Shown here: in pieces, positions 36,054 to 46,455 of the stretch | Numbering within the stretch: the first letter of the stretch is position 1 | Layout: each line of letters starts with the position of its first letter | NCBI GenBank assembly: GCA_031362565.1 | Contig: JANLSU010000103.1 | Span: forward strand, 43,321-107,320 | Origin: a bacterium | GTDB taxonomy: Bacteria; Krumholzibacteriota; Krumholzibacteriia; G020349025 | Direction: 5' to 3' | DNA: 64,000 nt | Position numbers and translations under genes: made by a program | The notes under the pieces: model-generated | Told to the model about the DNA's origin: nothing | The model's database searches: none | The model's input: only the letters and a program-made list of their open reading frames with translations

Positions 36054-37381
36054 CACCGGAACGTGAGGCCAAGGCCGATGTAGCTGGCCTTCGTCACGCC
36101 CGAGCGGCCGACGCCGTTTGCATCGACGACGCGAAAGTGGCTGAGGTTGCTGACGCGGACGAGCGCAGTTCCCATCACATGATCACTGAGCGGCAGGCGC
36201 AGGCGCCCGGCGTAGCTCGGCCCGACCTCGGTCTCGCCGACGACGCGCAGCCCGGTGAAACCGATCATCCCGGCCAGATTCACGAACCCGAAATCGATGT
36301 CGAGTCCGCCCGAAATGGAACCGCCGTTCACGACCGGCGCCCGGCTCGAACTGAATGCCACGAAGGCGCTCTCGTTCACAAGCAAGAATTTGAAGAAGCG
36401 CTGGTTGAACGCGAAATAGACGCCGCCTTCCGTGACCGGGTCACCGGCCGGCGTGCGGGCGCCGAGGAACGCGATCACGCCCACCTCGGGCTGCAGGTCG
36501 AGCTTCGAGGGCGCGTATTGCAGGTTGTAGCCCTGGTAGTTGGGCCCGAGCATGTTGACGCCCTGTCGCAACGCCGCTGCCGGTGGCGCCGGATCGAGTG
36601 GCGCCAAGCGATCTACCGGCACCGGATCGAGCGAGACGTACTGGCTCGGGTCGGAGCTCTTGCGCGGCGGGTATTGGTCGCGCGTCGAATCCGGCTCGCC
36701 GCGGAAGAGTCGCATGTCGTTCACGGCCGGGAGCGAGTCCGGGCCGGTGGCAATCCAAACGTCGCCACCGCGCGCTGCGAGTTGCACGACCTCTTCGGCG
36801 AGCCGCTTCCGATAGGCGAGCACCACGGCGGTGGTCATATCGAGCGCCATGGCGGAATCGGCATTCTCGATCGGCGCGATGGTGGCCGTGAAACCTTGCT
36901 TGCGGATGTTCGGAAACAGCGCGACGCTTTCGTCCGGTACCTGCGGATCGAGCTTGCCGTAGCGCGGCAGCCCGCCGTCGTAGTCCTTGCCGCGGTTGAG
37001 GTAGATCACCATCGGCCAGTACGTCGCCGCGAACCCCGCCGGCGACGAGCCATCGGCGATCGAATAGATGCGCGATGCGATGTCACGCAGGTCGTGCCCG
37101 TTCATGAACACTTGCACCATGTTGGCGGTGTTCGGCACCGGCTCGAACGGCACGCTGGCCATCAGTTCCTTGTAGAGACGGACACGCTCGTTGATGTGAT
37201 CGACGCGCGCCTTCTCGTCCAGGTACTCGATCCGCTTGCGCTCGGCTGCCTCGCGCTGCTGCTGGATTTCGGCGGGATTCGGCTGTTGAGCCGCAAGGCG
37301 CGAAACGGATCCGGCCGCCAGCAAGAGCACGCCGGCGAGGCCCAGGGTTCGGATCAAAATGGATCGGCTGCGCCCTCGCAT
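36053..37381 (-). CDS. Hypothetical secreted / outer membrane protein
   Basis: GGAGG RBS, signal peptide, and C-terminal amphipathic beta strands ending YIGLGLTFR. Confidence 0.7.
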   Translation of the reverse strand: MRGRSRSILIRTLGLAGVLLLAAGSVSRLAAQQPNPAEIQQQREAAERKRIEYLDEKARVDHINERVRLYKELMASVPFEPVPNTANMVQVFMNGHDLRDIASRIYSIADGSSPAGFAATYWPMVIYLNRGKDYDGGLPRYGKLDPQVPDESVALFPNIRKQGFTATIAPIENADSAMALDMTTAVVLAYRKRLAEEVVQLAARGGDVWIATGPDSLPAVNDMRLFRGEPDSTRDQYPPRKSSDPSQYVSLDPVPVDRLAPLDPAPPAAALRQGVNMLGPNYQGYNLQYAPSKLDLQPEVGVIAFLGARTPAGDPVTEGGVYFAFNQRFFKFLLVNESAFVAFSSSRAPVVNGGSISGGLDIDFGFVNLAGMIGFTGLRVVGETEVGPSYAGRLRLPLSDHVMGTALVRVSNLSHFRVVDANGVGRSGVTKASYIGLGLTFR

Positions 37382-37621
37382 CTCGGGTCGAACCTCCTGC
37401 GTTGGACCGTTCCTCGGGGGAACGTTTCGGGACGGAACGAGCCGGGGCTCGAACCCCGCGCCCGCCGCGGGCCGGGCCCTGCTCCGGTGGGACCAAATAA
37501 GCGCCACATCCTAGCACAGGCCCACGGCGGGCGGGCGCTGGGCCAAGGCCGCCCGGCACGGCCTGCCGGACGGCCCGGAAACAAAGCCGGTGGATGCCGT
37601 GAGCGCAAGTCCCGGCGGCGA

Positions 37622-39688
37622 TTACGGCCGGGCGGTGAGCAGGCCGGCGGCGACGAATGCGGCCCCGATCCCGGCCGGGTCGGTGACCGGCACTTGGCAG
37701 GCAAAGTCGCGGCAGACGTGGGCCGCGGCACCGGACGCGGGGGGCTCCCGGCCGGCGAGCAGCGCGAGTCCGGCGGGCGGCCCTTGTTCCGGCCATCCGG
37801 CAACGACCTTATGCGGCGCAAACGGCCGATGGACGGCGGTGGCCAAGGCGCGGGCGGCCGGACCCCGGCCGACGATTGCGACCTCTGCATTCGGCCCGAG
37901 TGCCCAGTCGAGAGCGCACAACATCTCCGCCATGCCGCCGGGTGAATCGCGCATCAATCGTCCGAATGTGGTCAGCGTGCGCCAGGCCCGCTGGCGCGTT
38001 CCGCCGTCGCCGGTGAGGGCTGCGAGGCGCAACAAGTTGCCGGCGTGCAGCGAGTTGCCGGCCGGCGTTGCGTTGTCGTACGGCTGCCGTGAACGCGCCA
38101 ACAGCGCTTCGTGGCCGCGTCCCGTGAAGAAAAATCCACCGTGCTCCGAATCCCAAAAATCAGCGTCCAGCACCGCATCGAGGCGCTGCGCGGCGTCGAT
38201 CCAGCGCGGCTCGAATGTCGATTCGTAGAGGTCGAGCAGCCCGGTGATGAAGGCCGCATAGTCGTCGAGAAAGCCCGGGCCCTTGGTGCGCTCGTCCTTG
38301 TAAGTGCGAAAGAGCGTGTCGCCGGTCATGTGATCCAGAATGAATGCCGCCGCCTCGCGCGCCGGCGCGAGCCATGCCGCGTCATCGAAGGCGCGTGCGG
38401 CACGTGCAAAGGCGCTGATCGCGAGTCCGTTCCATGCGACGACCACTTTGTCATCGCGGCCGGGCGCGACGCGTTCGGCGCGCGCTGCGAAAAGTGTCGT
38501 GCGCGCCCGCCGGACGATGGCACTCAGTTCATCGATCCCGAGTCCGAGTTCCGCCGCCACAACCTCGGGGTCGCGCGGGATAGAGAGCACGCTCGTGCCG
38601 GCTTCGAAGTTGCCGCGCGCTTCGACACCGAAATAGCGGCAGACGACGCGCCCGTCGGCGGCGCCTATCCGGGCGGTGATTTCGTCCGGCGTCCAGGCGA
38701 AGAACTTGCCCTCGGAGTTCTCACTGTCGGCGTCTTGAGCGGCCGCGAATCCGCCGCCGGGGGCCCGCATCTCGCGCCCCAGGTAGCCGAGCGTTTCGGT
38801 TGCGACATCGCGCAGCCACGGCGCTCCGGTTGCCTGCCAGGCTTCGACGTACGTGCGCGCCAAGAGCGCATTGTCGTAGAGCATTTTTTCGAAATGCGGC
38901 ACGAGCCAGCGTGCATCCGTCGAGTAGCGGTGGAAGCCGCCGCCCAGTTGATCGCACAATCCGCCGCGCGCCATCCGCAAGAGAGTGTGATTCACCATGC
39001 GGAGCGCGCTGGGCGCAGCGGTGCGCGCCTGGTAACGCAGCAGAAACGACAGCGCCATGGAGGGCGGAAACTTGGGCGCGCCACCGAAGCCGCCGGCCTC
39101 GGGATCGTAGGCGCGCTCGAGTGTCGCGAATGCGTTGTCCAGCACCGCGGTGTCGGGAACATCGGTGGACGGCGGCAGTTCGGCCATTGTCCGCAGCGCG
39201 TCCACGACTTGGCGGGCGGTCGTTTCGACATCGCCGCGCCGCGCCCGGTAGGCTTCGGCGGTGAAATGCAAAACTTGTGGGAAGCTCGGCATGCCGTGGC
39301 GCTCGGTGGGCGGAAAATAGGTACCGCCGAAAAACGGCTCGAGCTGCGGAGTCAAGAACACGCTCATCGGCCAGCCGCCGTGGCCGCCCGAGAAGAGCTG
39401 CACCGCCTGCATGTAGAGTTCGTCGATGTCCGGCCGCTCTTCGCGATCCACTTTGATGCTGACGAACGCGGCGTTCAACTGGGCGGCAATGGCCTCGTTC
39501 TCGAACGACTCGTGCTCCATCACATGACACCAGTGACACGCGGAGTAACCGACGCTCAGAAAGATAGGCCGGTCCTCTTGGCGGGCCCGCTCGAGCGCTT
39601 CTGGTCCCCAGGCATACCAGTCGACGGGATTGTTGGCGTGTTGGCGGAGATACGGACTCGTCTCGGCCGCCAGCCGGTTCTGTTGCAT
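37622..39688 (-). CDS. YyaL/SPATA20-like thioredoxin-domain protein (DUF255 plus alpha/alpha barrel)
   Basis: [55 protein letters not shown] and [11 protein letters not shown]. Confidence 0.92.
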   Translation of the reverse strand: MQQNRLAAETSPYLRQHANNPVDWYAWGPEALERARQEDRPIFLSVGYSACHWCHVMEHESFENEAIAAQLNAAFVSIKVDREERPDIDELYMQAVQLFSGGHGGWPMSVFLTPQLEPFFGGTYFPPTERHGMPSFPQVLHFTAEAYRARRGDVETTARQVVDALRTMAELPPSTDVPDTAVLDNAFATLERAYDPEAGGFGGAPKFPPSMALSFLLRYQARTAAPSALRMVNHTLLRMARGGLCDQLGGGFHRYSTDARWLVPHFEKMLYDNALLARTYVEAWQATGAPWLRDVATETLGYLGREMRAPGGGFAAAQDADSENSEGKFFAWTPDEITARIGAADGRVVCRYFGVEARGNFEAGTSVLSIPRDPEVVAAELGLGIDELSAIVRRARTTLFAARAERVAPGRDDKVVVAWNGLAISAFARAARAFDDAAWLAPAREAAAFILDHMTGDTLFRTYKDERTKGPGFLDDYAAFITGLLDLYESTFEPRWIDAAQRLDAVLDADFWDSEHGGFFFTGRGHEALLARSRQPYDNATPAGNSLHAGNLLRLAALTGDGGTRQRAWRTLTTFGRLMRDSPGGMAEMLCALDWALGPNAEVAIVGRGPAARALATAVHRPFAPHKVVAGWPEQGPPAGLALLAGREPPASGAAAHVCRDFACQVPVTDPAGIGAAFVAAGLLTARP

Positions 39689-39780
39689 TGCCGCGCGCGT
39701 CCTTTCACCAACTCGTTCTGGAGCCAAGCGCCGCAAGATAGCACGGCGGCTTGACCGAACAGTTGGGCGCGCCGGAAAGC

Positions 39781-39809
39781 AAAAACGGCCGGCGTATGCC
39801 GGCCGTCTT
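39781..39809 (-). terminator. Rho-independent terminator of the 38-aa ORF
   Basis: Minus strand ACGGCCGGC-ATAC-GCCGGCCGT followed by TTTTGCTTT. Confidence 0.8.
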
Positions 39810-39842
39810 GGTCACTCATTCGGGCGAGGGGTGGCGGGTCCG

Positions 39843-39959
39843 TTACATCAGGTGGCGCAGCAGGAGGAGCAGCGCACAGCTCACGAGTACGCCGACCGCA
39901 ACGCGTCCCAAACCCTGTTTTCGACCCTTCAGCTCCTCGACTTCGATCTCGTAGTCCAT
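39843..39959 (-). CDS. Small (38 aa) single-TM protein
   Basis: MDYEIEVEELKGRKQGLGRVAVGVLVSCALLLLLRHLM. GGAGG lies 4 nt before the ATG, and the ORF has its own terminator. Confidence 0.65.
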   Translation of the reverse strand: MDYEIEVEELKGRKQGLGRVAVGVLVSCALLLLLRHLM

Positions 39960-40034
39960 GGTGCCTCCAGCTCGAAACGGGCCCTCGTTGGACCGTCGGC
40001 GTGGGATGCGACGCCGCGGTCCGAACATGCGTCA

Positions 40035-40050
40035 CGCAACCGATGTGCCC
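40035..40050 (-). promoter_or_regulatory. Candidate sigma54 promoter of the 38-aa ORF
   Basis: GGGCACATCGGTTGCG, GG-N10-GC. Confidence 0.5.
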
Positions 40051-40367
40051 GTGGGCGGTGGGTAGGCACGGGACCGCGAGTGGAACGACGAGGCAGCGAT
40101 ATCCCCTGCGGGGCTTGGACCCACGACGCAGCCTGCGACGCACGCACCGCAAAGCGCGCGTTCGGTGCCTCGAATCCATCCAGCACTTGCCGCGTTGCGG
40201 AAACCCCACGGAATCAAAGGCCCGTTACGGCAACGCACGGTGCCTTGCGATGTGATGCGCCGCACCGCATTCTTCTGCGGCCGAGGCGAGCGTCCGCGGG
40301 ACGTTCGCGGCGCGCCAAGTTCGCGAGCGGATTGCCAGGGTGCAGCGTGGCCGGGAAGGGAACAACG

Positions 40368-41207
40368 ATGCGTGGGTTCGTGCGGCGGGAGTGTTGCCGT
40401 CGCCTGCGTCGAATGCGGGGCACCGCGCTTGCGATGCTGGTGTGCGGGGTCGCGCCTGCCGCGCCACCGCCAAAGCCCGCCCCCGCTCACGCCTCGACAG
40501 TTGTCGGCCGGCTCGAGATCTCGGCGCCGCTGCCGGCGGCCGACTCGAGCGTCGCGCGCCGGCTCTTTGTGTGGCTGCCCGCCGCCTACGATTCAACGCA
40601 CCGGTATCCGGTCTTGTACATGCCGAATGGGCAGGATCTCTTCGACACGGCGACGGCTGCCGGCGGCGAAGAGTGGGGGATCGACGAATTGCTCGCGGCG
40701 CATCCCGCCGGGATCCCGGATCTCATCGTCGTCGGCATCGAGGCGGCGCCGCATGCCATCGACGACTACGCCCCGCCCGGCAGCGGCGACGGGGCGCGTG
40801 GTGCGGCGTATGTGGCTTTTCTCACCACCGTCGTGAAGCCCTACGTGGACAAGCACTACGCGACGCGCCGTCAGGCGGACTGGACCTGGATCGCCGGCGA
40901 CGGATCGAGTGCGGCCATCGTTCTCTACGCCGCATGGACACGGGCCGACATTTTCGGCGCCGGCATCGCCCTCGCCGTGCCCGATCTCGACCGCGCCGCG
41001 TTGGCGTGGGCCCGCGTGCTGCCGGTCGCAACAGCGCCGCGCTTGTGGGTCGACCAACTCGGCAGTGGCGCGATCGCGGCAGCGAGCACGACTGATCTCT
41101 ATGGCCTCCTGTCGAAGGGTGCACGGGTCGAATTCCACCTTGCAGGGAGTCATGCGTACCGGTTGGTGCGTCTCGGGGCCGCGTTGCGTTCGATGGCGGC
41201 GCCCTAA
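40368..41207 (+). CDS. Secreted alpha/beta-hydrolase (putative esterase, IroE/Fes-like) with an atypical nucleophile elbow
   Basis: RRLFVWLP..Y...RYPVLYM.NGQDLFD, IVVGI and VKPYVDKHYAT. The GxSxG motif is replaced by GDGSS. Confidence 0.75.
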   Translation: MRGFVRRECCRRLRRMRGTALAMLVCGVAPAAPPPKPAPAHASTVVGRLEISAPLPAADSSVARRLFVWLPAAYDSTHRYPVLYMPNGQDLFDTATAAGGEEWGIDELLAAHPAGIPDLIVVGIEAAPHAIDDYAPPGSGDGARGAAYVAFLTTVVKPYVDKHYATRRQADWTWIAGDGSSAAIVLYAAWTRADIFGAGIALAVPDLDRAALAWARVLPVATAPRLWVDQLGSGAIAAASTTDLYGLLSKGARVEFHLAGSHAYRLVRLGAALRSMAAP

Positions 41208-41383
41208 GTCCGAAATCCGCCCGCGTTGCAGATCGAAGCGTTATACTCGAAGCCGAGCCTCGTGTTTCGGGCGCCGCCCCTTGAGTCCGTTCGAGTTTCC
41301 GATCGCAACTCATTGTTTCTAGTGGCTGCGAACGCTAACGCGTCGCGGTGTGTCGTAGCGGCTGTGCGGCCAATGGATGGGCC

Positions 41384-44200
41384 ATGCAGAGACGGCTGGC
41401 GTTATCGACATGGAGCGCACTCTTCCTGATGGCGGCGGCCTTCCTGCCGCCGCTGTATGCGTTGCGCTGGCTCTCGGCGGCGGCAGTGCGGCGCGCACCG
41501 GCGCCGGTTGCCGCACCGCACGCCGGCGCGCCGTTCGCACCCGCTGTCGACGCTGCAGGCCACACGCGGCGCGCCTATTTTCCGGGCTCGGCCACGCCGG
41601 GCAGTCTCGCGGACCGGGCTCGTGAAATGGTCTGGCAAGGTGCCCGGCAGTTTGGCATCGACGCCGGGCGCACCGATTTGCAACTCGTGGCGGTGCGCCG
41701 GAGCCCGAGCGGCTCGCATGTGCGTTTGCGGCAGCGCATCGGTGCGGTGCCGGTGTGGGGTGCCGAAGCGGTCGTGAGTTTCGACCGCACGGGCCGTGCA
41801 ACCGTGCTCGCGAATGATCTTCAACCGGTGCCGATGCTGCCCGCTGCCAAGCCGCTCGCCGATGCTGCGGCGTGTTCGCTGGCCGTGCAGGCTGTCGCGG
41901 TGCGTGGGGCGCTCGCGGACCCACCCACGGTGCAGCTTTACTGGCGCGAGCGCAGCGGGCAATGGGACCTCGAATCGCGCGTCTCATTCTACTGCGCCGA
42001 TCCGGCCGGCGACTGGGACGTGTGGATTGCTGCTGCGAGCGGCGAAGTCCGTGAGGTGCAGGATCGAACCGTGTGGCGCGTGGCTCCGCAAGCGAACGCC
42101 ACGAATGGCACCGGCCGCATCTTCCGCCCGGATCCGGTGCTCGTCGGCGGCGATCTGCAACTCACCGATCAAAACGATGCCGACACCGCCGTGCCGGCGG
42201 GTGCATACACGACCGGCGCACTGCTCGATCTCGCGACACCGGTGCGCGGACTGTATCGCTTGCGCGGCCCTTGGGTGTCGATCGAGGACTGGGAAGCGCC
42301 GCTCTCGGCACCCGATTCGTCGCTGGACGGCACCTTTCTGCACTACCGGTCCGAGCCAGGCTTCGAAGACGTGATGGCCTACTACCATCTCGACACGATA
42401 CAGCGTTGGTATCAAAGCCTCGGATTCGAAGACGCGAATCATCGCATGCAAGTCGTCGATCCACATGGCTTGAACGGGCTCGACAACTCGAAGTTTGTGC
42501 CCACCCTGCGCAAGATTGCATCTGGCGAAGGTGGCGTCGACGACGCCGAGGATGCGGCCGTGCTGGTGCACGAGTACGGCCATGCGACGCAGTTCGACAT
42601 CGTCCCGACCTGGGGCACCGGCGGCCACGAGGGTGCGATGGGCGAGGGCTTTGGCGACTATCTCGCCAACTCGTACGCCTGGTCGTTGCAGCCGGCGCGG
42701 GTGCAGGCCTGGAACGGCGTTTTTCAGTGGGATGGACACAACGAATATTGGCCCGGCCGGCGGGCGATCGAGCCGGCGTTGCACTATCCCGAGAACGCAA
42801 CCGGCGCGGTGCACCGCGCTGGAACTCTGTGGTGCTCGGCGCTCACCGAAGCGCTGTACGCCATCGGTGACCGCGCCGTCATGGACCGGCTGGTCATCGA
42901 TCACCACTACGCGTTGACGGGCACCGCGACCATGGAGGATGCCGCCAACGCAATCTTGGCGAGCGACGTGGCGCTCTATCGCGGCAGCCATTTGCCGGTC
43001 TTGGTGGAAACCTTCGCCCGCTGGGGCTTGGTCGATGCGAGTGCATGGCGGCCGGTGCAGATCAGCCACGCAGCGCTCGACATCGCGGCGTCGGCCGATG
43101 GGCCGGCGTGCATCATGGCGACGATTGTCTCCGCACTCGCCGGGATCGAGCCGGCGTCGGTCGTGGCACAGGTGCGGGTCGGGAGCGGAACGTGGTTGGC
43201 GGTGCCGCTCGCCCCACAGGCCCTCGATCGCTACACGGCGATGCTGCCGCAAGTGGGCGGCGGTGCCTGTACGTTCGAGTACTACATCGAGGGGCGCGAC
43301 AAACTCGGCAATAGTGCCTTCTTGCCGGCGCAGGGCTCGGCGGCACCGTTCCTGGCGGCGCGCGGGGTGCGTGCCGAAAGGTTCGAAGCCGAATCCGGTT
43401 GGGCGGCGGGAGCCGCCGGCGATGCCGCGGTCGCCGGCCGCTGGGTGCGCGCCGTGCCGGTCGGAACGACGGCGCAGCCCGGCGCCGATCACACGAGCGC
43501 CGGCACCGCGTGCTTCGTTACCGGCAACGGCGTCCCGGGGTCGCCGGCCAGCGATTCGGATGTCGACGGCGGCACGACGACGCTCGTTTCACCGCTCTAC
43601 GACTTGCGCGGTGCGGCGCATGTCACTCTGTCGTATTGGCGCTGGTATGTGAACGATGGCGGCTCGCTGCCGGTCGATGACCAATGGCGCGTCGATGCCT
43701 CCAACGACGCCGGCACCACTTGGACCACCGTTGAACGTACGGCGCTCTCGCAGCCGGGCTGGCACCGCGTCGTCGTCGACTTGAGCGCCGTTCTTGGGGC
43801 GCCCGGTTCGGTGCGCCTGCGTTTTGTGGCGAGCGACTTGGGTTCGCCCTCGATCGTCGAAGCGGCACTCGATGACGTGCTCTTGCAAGCCGACTTCGCG
43901 TCCGATGCCGCGGGCGGCAATGGCGCCCGACTGTCTTTGGACGTCGCGGCGTGGCGCCCAGGCCTGCCGTTGCGCTTCGCACTCGGGCAGCCTGGCGACG
44001 CTCACATGAATGTGTATGACCCGCGCGGCCGCGTGGTGCGCGAACTCGTCGCCGGCCATTTGGCGGCCGGTGATCACAGCGTTGTTTGGGATGGCAGCAA
44101 TGGGCGTGGACAAGCCGTCGCCCGTGGGGTGTATTTCGTCCGCCTGGCGACTCCCGAGGGCGCTGTAACGCGCAAGATCCTCCTCGTGCGTCGAGATTGA
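41384..44200 (+). CDS. Secreted M36/M4-like metallopeptidase with a propeptide, beta-sandwich domains and a C-terminal FlgD-Ig-like domain
   Basis: FTP/PepSY-like region, HEYGH...EGFGDY, and C-terminal VYDPRGRVVR.L.......WDG....G..VARGVYFVRL. Confidence 0.85.
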   Translation: MQRRLALSTWSALFLMAAAFLPPLYALRWLSAAAVRRAPAPVAAPHAGAPFAPAVDAAGHTRRAYFPGSATPGSLADRAREMVWQGARQFGIDAGRTDLQLVAVRRSPSGSHVRLRQRIGAVPVWGAEAVVSFDRTGRATVLANDLQPVPMLPAAKPLADAAACSLAVQAVAVRGALADPPTVQLYWRERSGQWDLESRVSFYCADPAGDWDVWIAAASGEVREVQDRTVWRVAPQANATNGTGRIFRPDPVLVGGDLQLTDQNDADTAVPAGAYTTGALLDLATPVRGLYRLRGPWVSIEDWEAPLSAPDSSLDGTFLHYRSEPGFEDVMAYYHLDTIQRWYQSLGFEDANHRMQVVDPHGLNGLDNSKFVPTLRKIASGEGGVDDAEDAAVLVHEYGHATQFDIVPTWGTGGHEGAMGEGFGDYLANSYAWSLQPARVQAWNGVFQWDGHNEYWPGRRAIEPALHYPENATGAVHRAGTLWCSALTEALYAIGDRAVMDRLVIDHHYALTGTATMEDAANAILASDVALYRGSHLPVLVETFARWGLVDASAWRPVQISHAALDIAASADGPACIMATIVSALAGIEPASVVAQVRVGSGTWLAVPLAPQALDRYTAMLPQVGGGACTFEYYIEGRDKLGNSAFLPAQGSAAPFLAARGVRAERFEAESGWAAGAAGDAAVAGRWVRAVPVGTTAQPGADHTSAGTACFVTGNGVPGSPASDSDVDGGTTTLVSPLYDLRGAAHVTLSYWRWYVNDGGSLPVDDQWRVDASNDAGTTWTTVERTALSQPGWHRVVVDLSAVLGAPGSVRLRFVASDLGSPSIVEAALDDVLLQADFASDAAGGNGARLSLDVAAWRPGLPLRFALGQPGDAHMNVYDPRGRVVRELVAGHLAAGDHSVVWDGSNGRGQAVARGVYFVRLATPEGAVTRKILLVRRD

Positions 44201-44273
44201 CGCGCTCGCCTTCCGCCGTCACACTGGCCGCCACCGCGCCCAAGCCTATGGCCGCGGCCTGGAGGTCCGACGA

Positions 44274-45698
44274 ATGCGGCAGCAGGCGACAAAGCTTCTC
44301 TGGATTGCACTCCTGATTTGCGCCGTGGTTCCCACCGCGCACGGCGCTGATGTCGAAGCGCTCCGGCATCGCTGGAACGATCTCTTGGTACAGGAGCCGG
44401 CGACGCTGTCGCCGAAGCGCTATCGCGACGCGCACGAAGCGATGGAGGCACTCGAGGCGGCGACGCGTCGCAGTGCGCCGGATGTCGCGACCCTCGGCGC
44501 CGCTGCCGAAACCCACCTCGCAGCACTCGAATCCGCCTTGCAAAAGACCCGCGCGGCCATCCCGGAGGTTTTGCGGGCCCGCGATGCGGCGCGTGCCGCG
44601 CATGCGCCCGAGACCGCCGGACGCGAGTGGCGCACGGCAGAGAATGTTCTGGCCGCTGCGGCGCAAAAATTGGAAGCGGGGCGCATGGAAACCGGCGCCG
44701 CGCAAGCCCAGGAAGCTCGCGGCCTCTACGAGCAAGCGCGCCTCGCAGCATTGCAGGGCGATATCTTGGGCGAAGCGCATGCCGGCTTGCGCAAACTCGA
44801 GGCCAACAAGGGCCGCTTGTATGTGCCACGCAGTTACGTCCGCGCCCTCGACGCTGTCACTCGAGCCGAGACATTGCTGCGCGGCCGTGGTGAAGCCGAT
44901 CCGGAAGTGCGGGCCGCCGCCCAACATGCCGCGGCGGAAACGCGCCGCGCGCAGTTTCTGCTGGAGCGCATTCGCGGTGCCTGCGAGCAGCCCGATGCAG
45001 CGCACTTGGAAAGCACGATCCTGGATTGGCAGGACGCGTTGGAACGGACCCTCAGGGCGCTTGGCGCCGACGCGAGTTCCGAGACCTGGCTCGGCCCGGG
45101 ATTAGCGGCAGCCGAGAGTGCCGCGGTCGCGCTCCGCGGCCACGTGGACTTCTCGCACACCGATGCACAACGCGACCGCTCGGCGGCGGAATCGCTCGCG
45201 GTTGTCGTCAACACCTTGCAGGACTCGCTACAGCGCGGGCAATTGCAGCGCGCCGACGCGGCGCGCGCCAGTGCCCCCTACGAGCGCTTTCAGCGCCTGC
45301 AAAGCCTTCTGACGCGGGACGAGGGACGGGTGTTTCTGCAGGACCGTGACATCGTGCTGCGCCTGCCCGGTCTTGCCTTTGCAGCCGGCGACACGAGTCT
45401 TACCGACACGACCCGGGCACTCCTCGACAAAGTCGCGGCGGCGTTGAGGGAAATCCCGCACCCGACCGTCGTCGTCGAAGGCCACACCGATGCCCAGGCC
45501 AACCCCGAAACCAGTCTGCCGCTCTCACGCCGGCGCGCCGAGGTGGTGCGTGCCTATCTCACCGCGCAAGTGCCGCTCGATGCGGCGCGCGTCACGGCGT
45601 TGGGTGTGGGTAGCACGCGGCCCGTCGTCGCCGAAGACAGTGAGGCGTCACGGGCGCTCAACCGCCGCATCGAGATCATCGTGTCGACCGACGAGTGA
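44274..45698 (+). CDS. OmpA-like C-terminal domain protein with a long helical N-terminus
   Basis: VEGHTD, LSRRRAEVV, G.G..RP and NRRIEI. Signal peptide present. Confidence 0.88.
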   Translation: MRQQATKLLWIALLICAVVPTAHGADVEALRHRWNDLLVQEPATLSPKRYRDAHEAMEALEAATRRSAPDVATLGAAAETHLAALESALQKTRAAIPEVLRARDAARAAHAPETAGREWRTAENVLAAAAQKLEAGRMETGAAQAQEARGLYEQARLAALQGDILGEAHAGLRKLEANKGRLYVPRSYVRALDAVTRAETLLRGRGEADPEVRAAAQHAAAETRRAQFLLERIRGACEQPDAAHLESTILDWQDALERTLRALGADASSETWLGPGLAAAESAAVALRGHVDFSHTDAQRDRSAAESLAVVVNTLQDSLQRGQLQRADAARASAPYERFQRLQSLLTRDEGRVFLQDRDIVLRLPGLAFAAGDTSLTDTTRALLDKVAAALREIPHPTVVVEGHTDAQANPETSLPLSRRRAEVVRAYLTAQVPLDAARVTALGVGSTRPVVAEDSEASRALNRRIEIIVSTDE

Positions 45699-45708
45699 AG
45701 GGGAGTCC

Positions 45709-46455
45709 GTGCGATCACCGTTCCAGGCGCGGAATCGATGCGGCACGGTGGCGCTGGCTTGCAGCGTCGCAATCCTGAGTCACGCGAGCGCGCGAGCCCG
45801 TGTTACGAGCCCGGAGGCCGCCATGGCGTCGGATCCCGCGAGCCCCGCTACGGCGCAAGTTTCGCTGCTCCTCGTGCCGCATGTCGTTGCACCCGGCGAA
45901 TCGATCGTGGCGCGGCTCCTGGGCACTGTGGGGCCCAACGGGTCGTGGAGTCTCGAGTCGGTCGAAGTGCGCCGCCAGGGCGCGAGTGTGGAACTCGTGC
46001 CGCACGTACGAAGGGTTCCAGGCGACATGTTCACGCAGATGGTGGTGCCGCTCGACGTCAGCGTGCGTTTCGCGGCGTTTGCCGGTTTGCGCGACGTGCG
46101 GGTGCTCGGCAGTGACACGACGCTCGTCGTCCCAGTGCAGGTGCGCAAGCAGGCGCGGCGGGCACCGCCGCGGGTGCGCATCCATGCCGAATCGTCTATT
46201 CCCATTGGTGCAGACGCCGCCGTGCCTATCGTCATCGATGCGACGAGCGCCGATGGCTGGGTCGAGCGCCTGGAGATTCGGAGCGGCGCGCTCTGGGTGC
46301 CGCCTGACTCGGTCGAGCGCGACGGCTCGAGCTTGCAGGCGCGCACGACGATCCGGCGGCCGCCGCATGACGGGGCACGCCGGATCGAAGTCCGTGCGAT
46401 CGATGGCCAGGGCCGGCGCTCACGGCGTGTCGTGTTGACGCTGCCGAAGCGTTAG
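45709..46455 (+). CDS. Hypothetical secreted protein (Ig-like beta domains)
   Basis: GTG start after GGGAG, signal-like N-terminus, beta-rich sequence. Confidence 0.6.
   Translation: MRSPFQARNRCGTVALACSVAILSHASARARVTSPEAAMASDPASPATAQVSLLLVPHVVAPGESIVARLLGTVGPNGSWSLESVEVRRQGASVELVPHVRRVPGDMFTQMVVPLDVSVRFAAFAGLRDVRVLGSDTTLVVPVQVRKQARRAPPRVRIHAESSIPIGADAAVPIVIDATSADGWVERLEIRSGALWVPPDSVERDGSSLQARTTIRRPPHDGARRIEVRAIDGQGRRSRRVVLTLPKR

Noticed and set aside
37435..37490. GGGGTTCGAGCCCC (minus strand) resembling a tRNA T-arm
   Set aside because: It pairs with a 6-nt loop. No D-arm, anticodon arm, 7-bp acceptor stem or CCA can be built.
41306..41315. IHF-like YAANNNNTTG boxes (also at 17964-17973)
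   Set aside because: Too short and degenerate to call without supporting promoter evidence.
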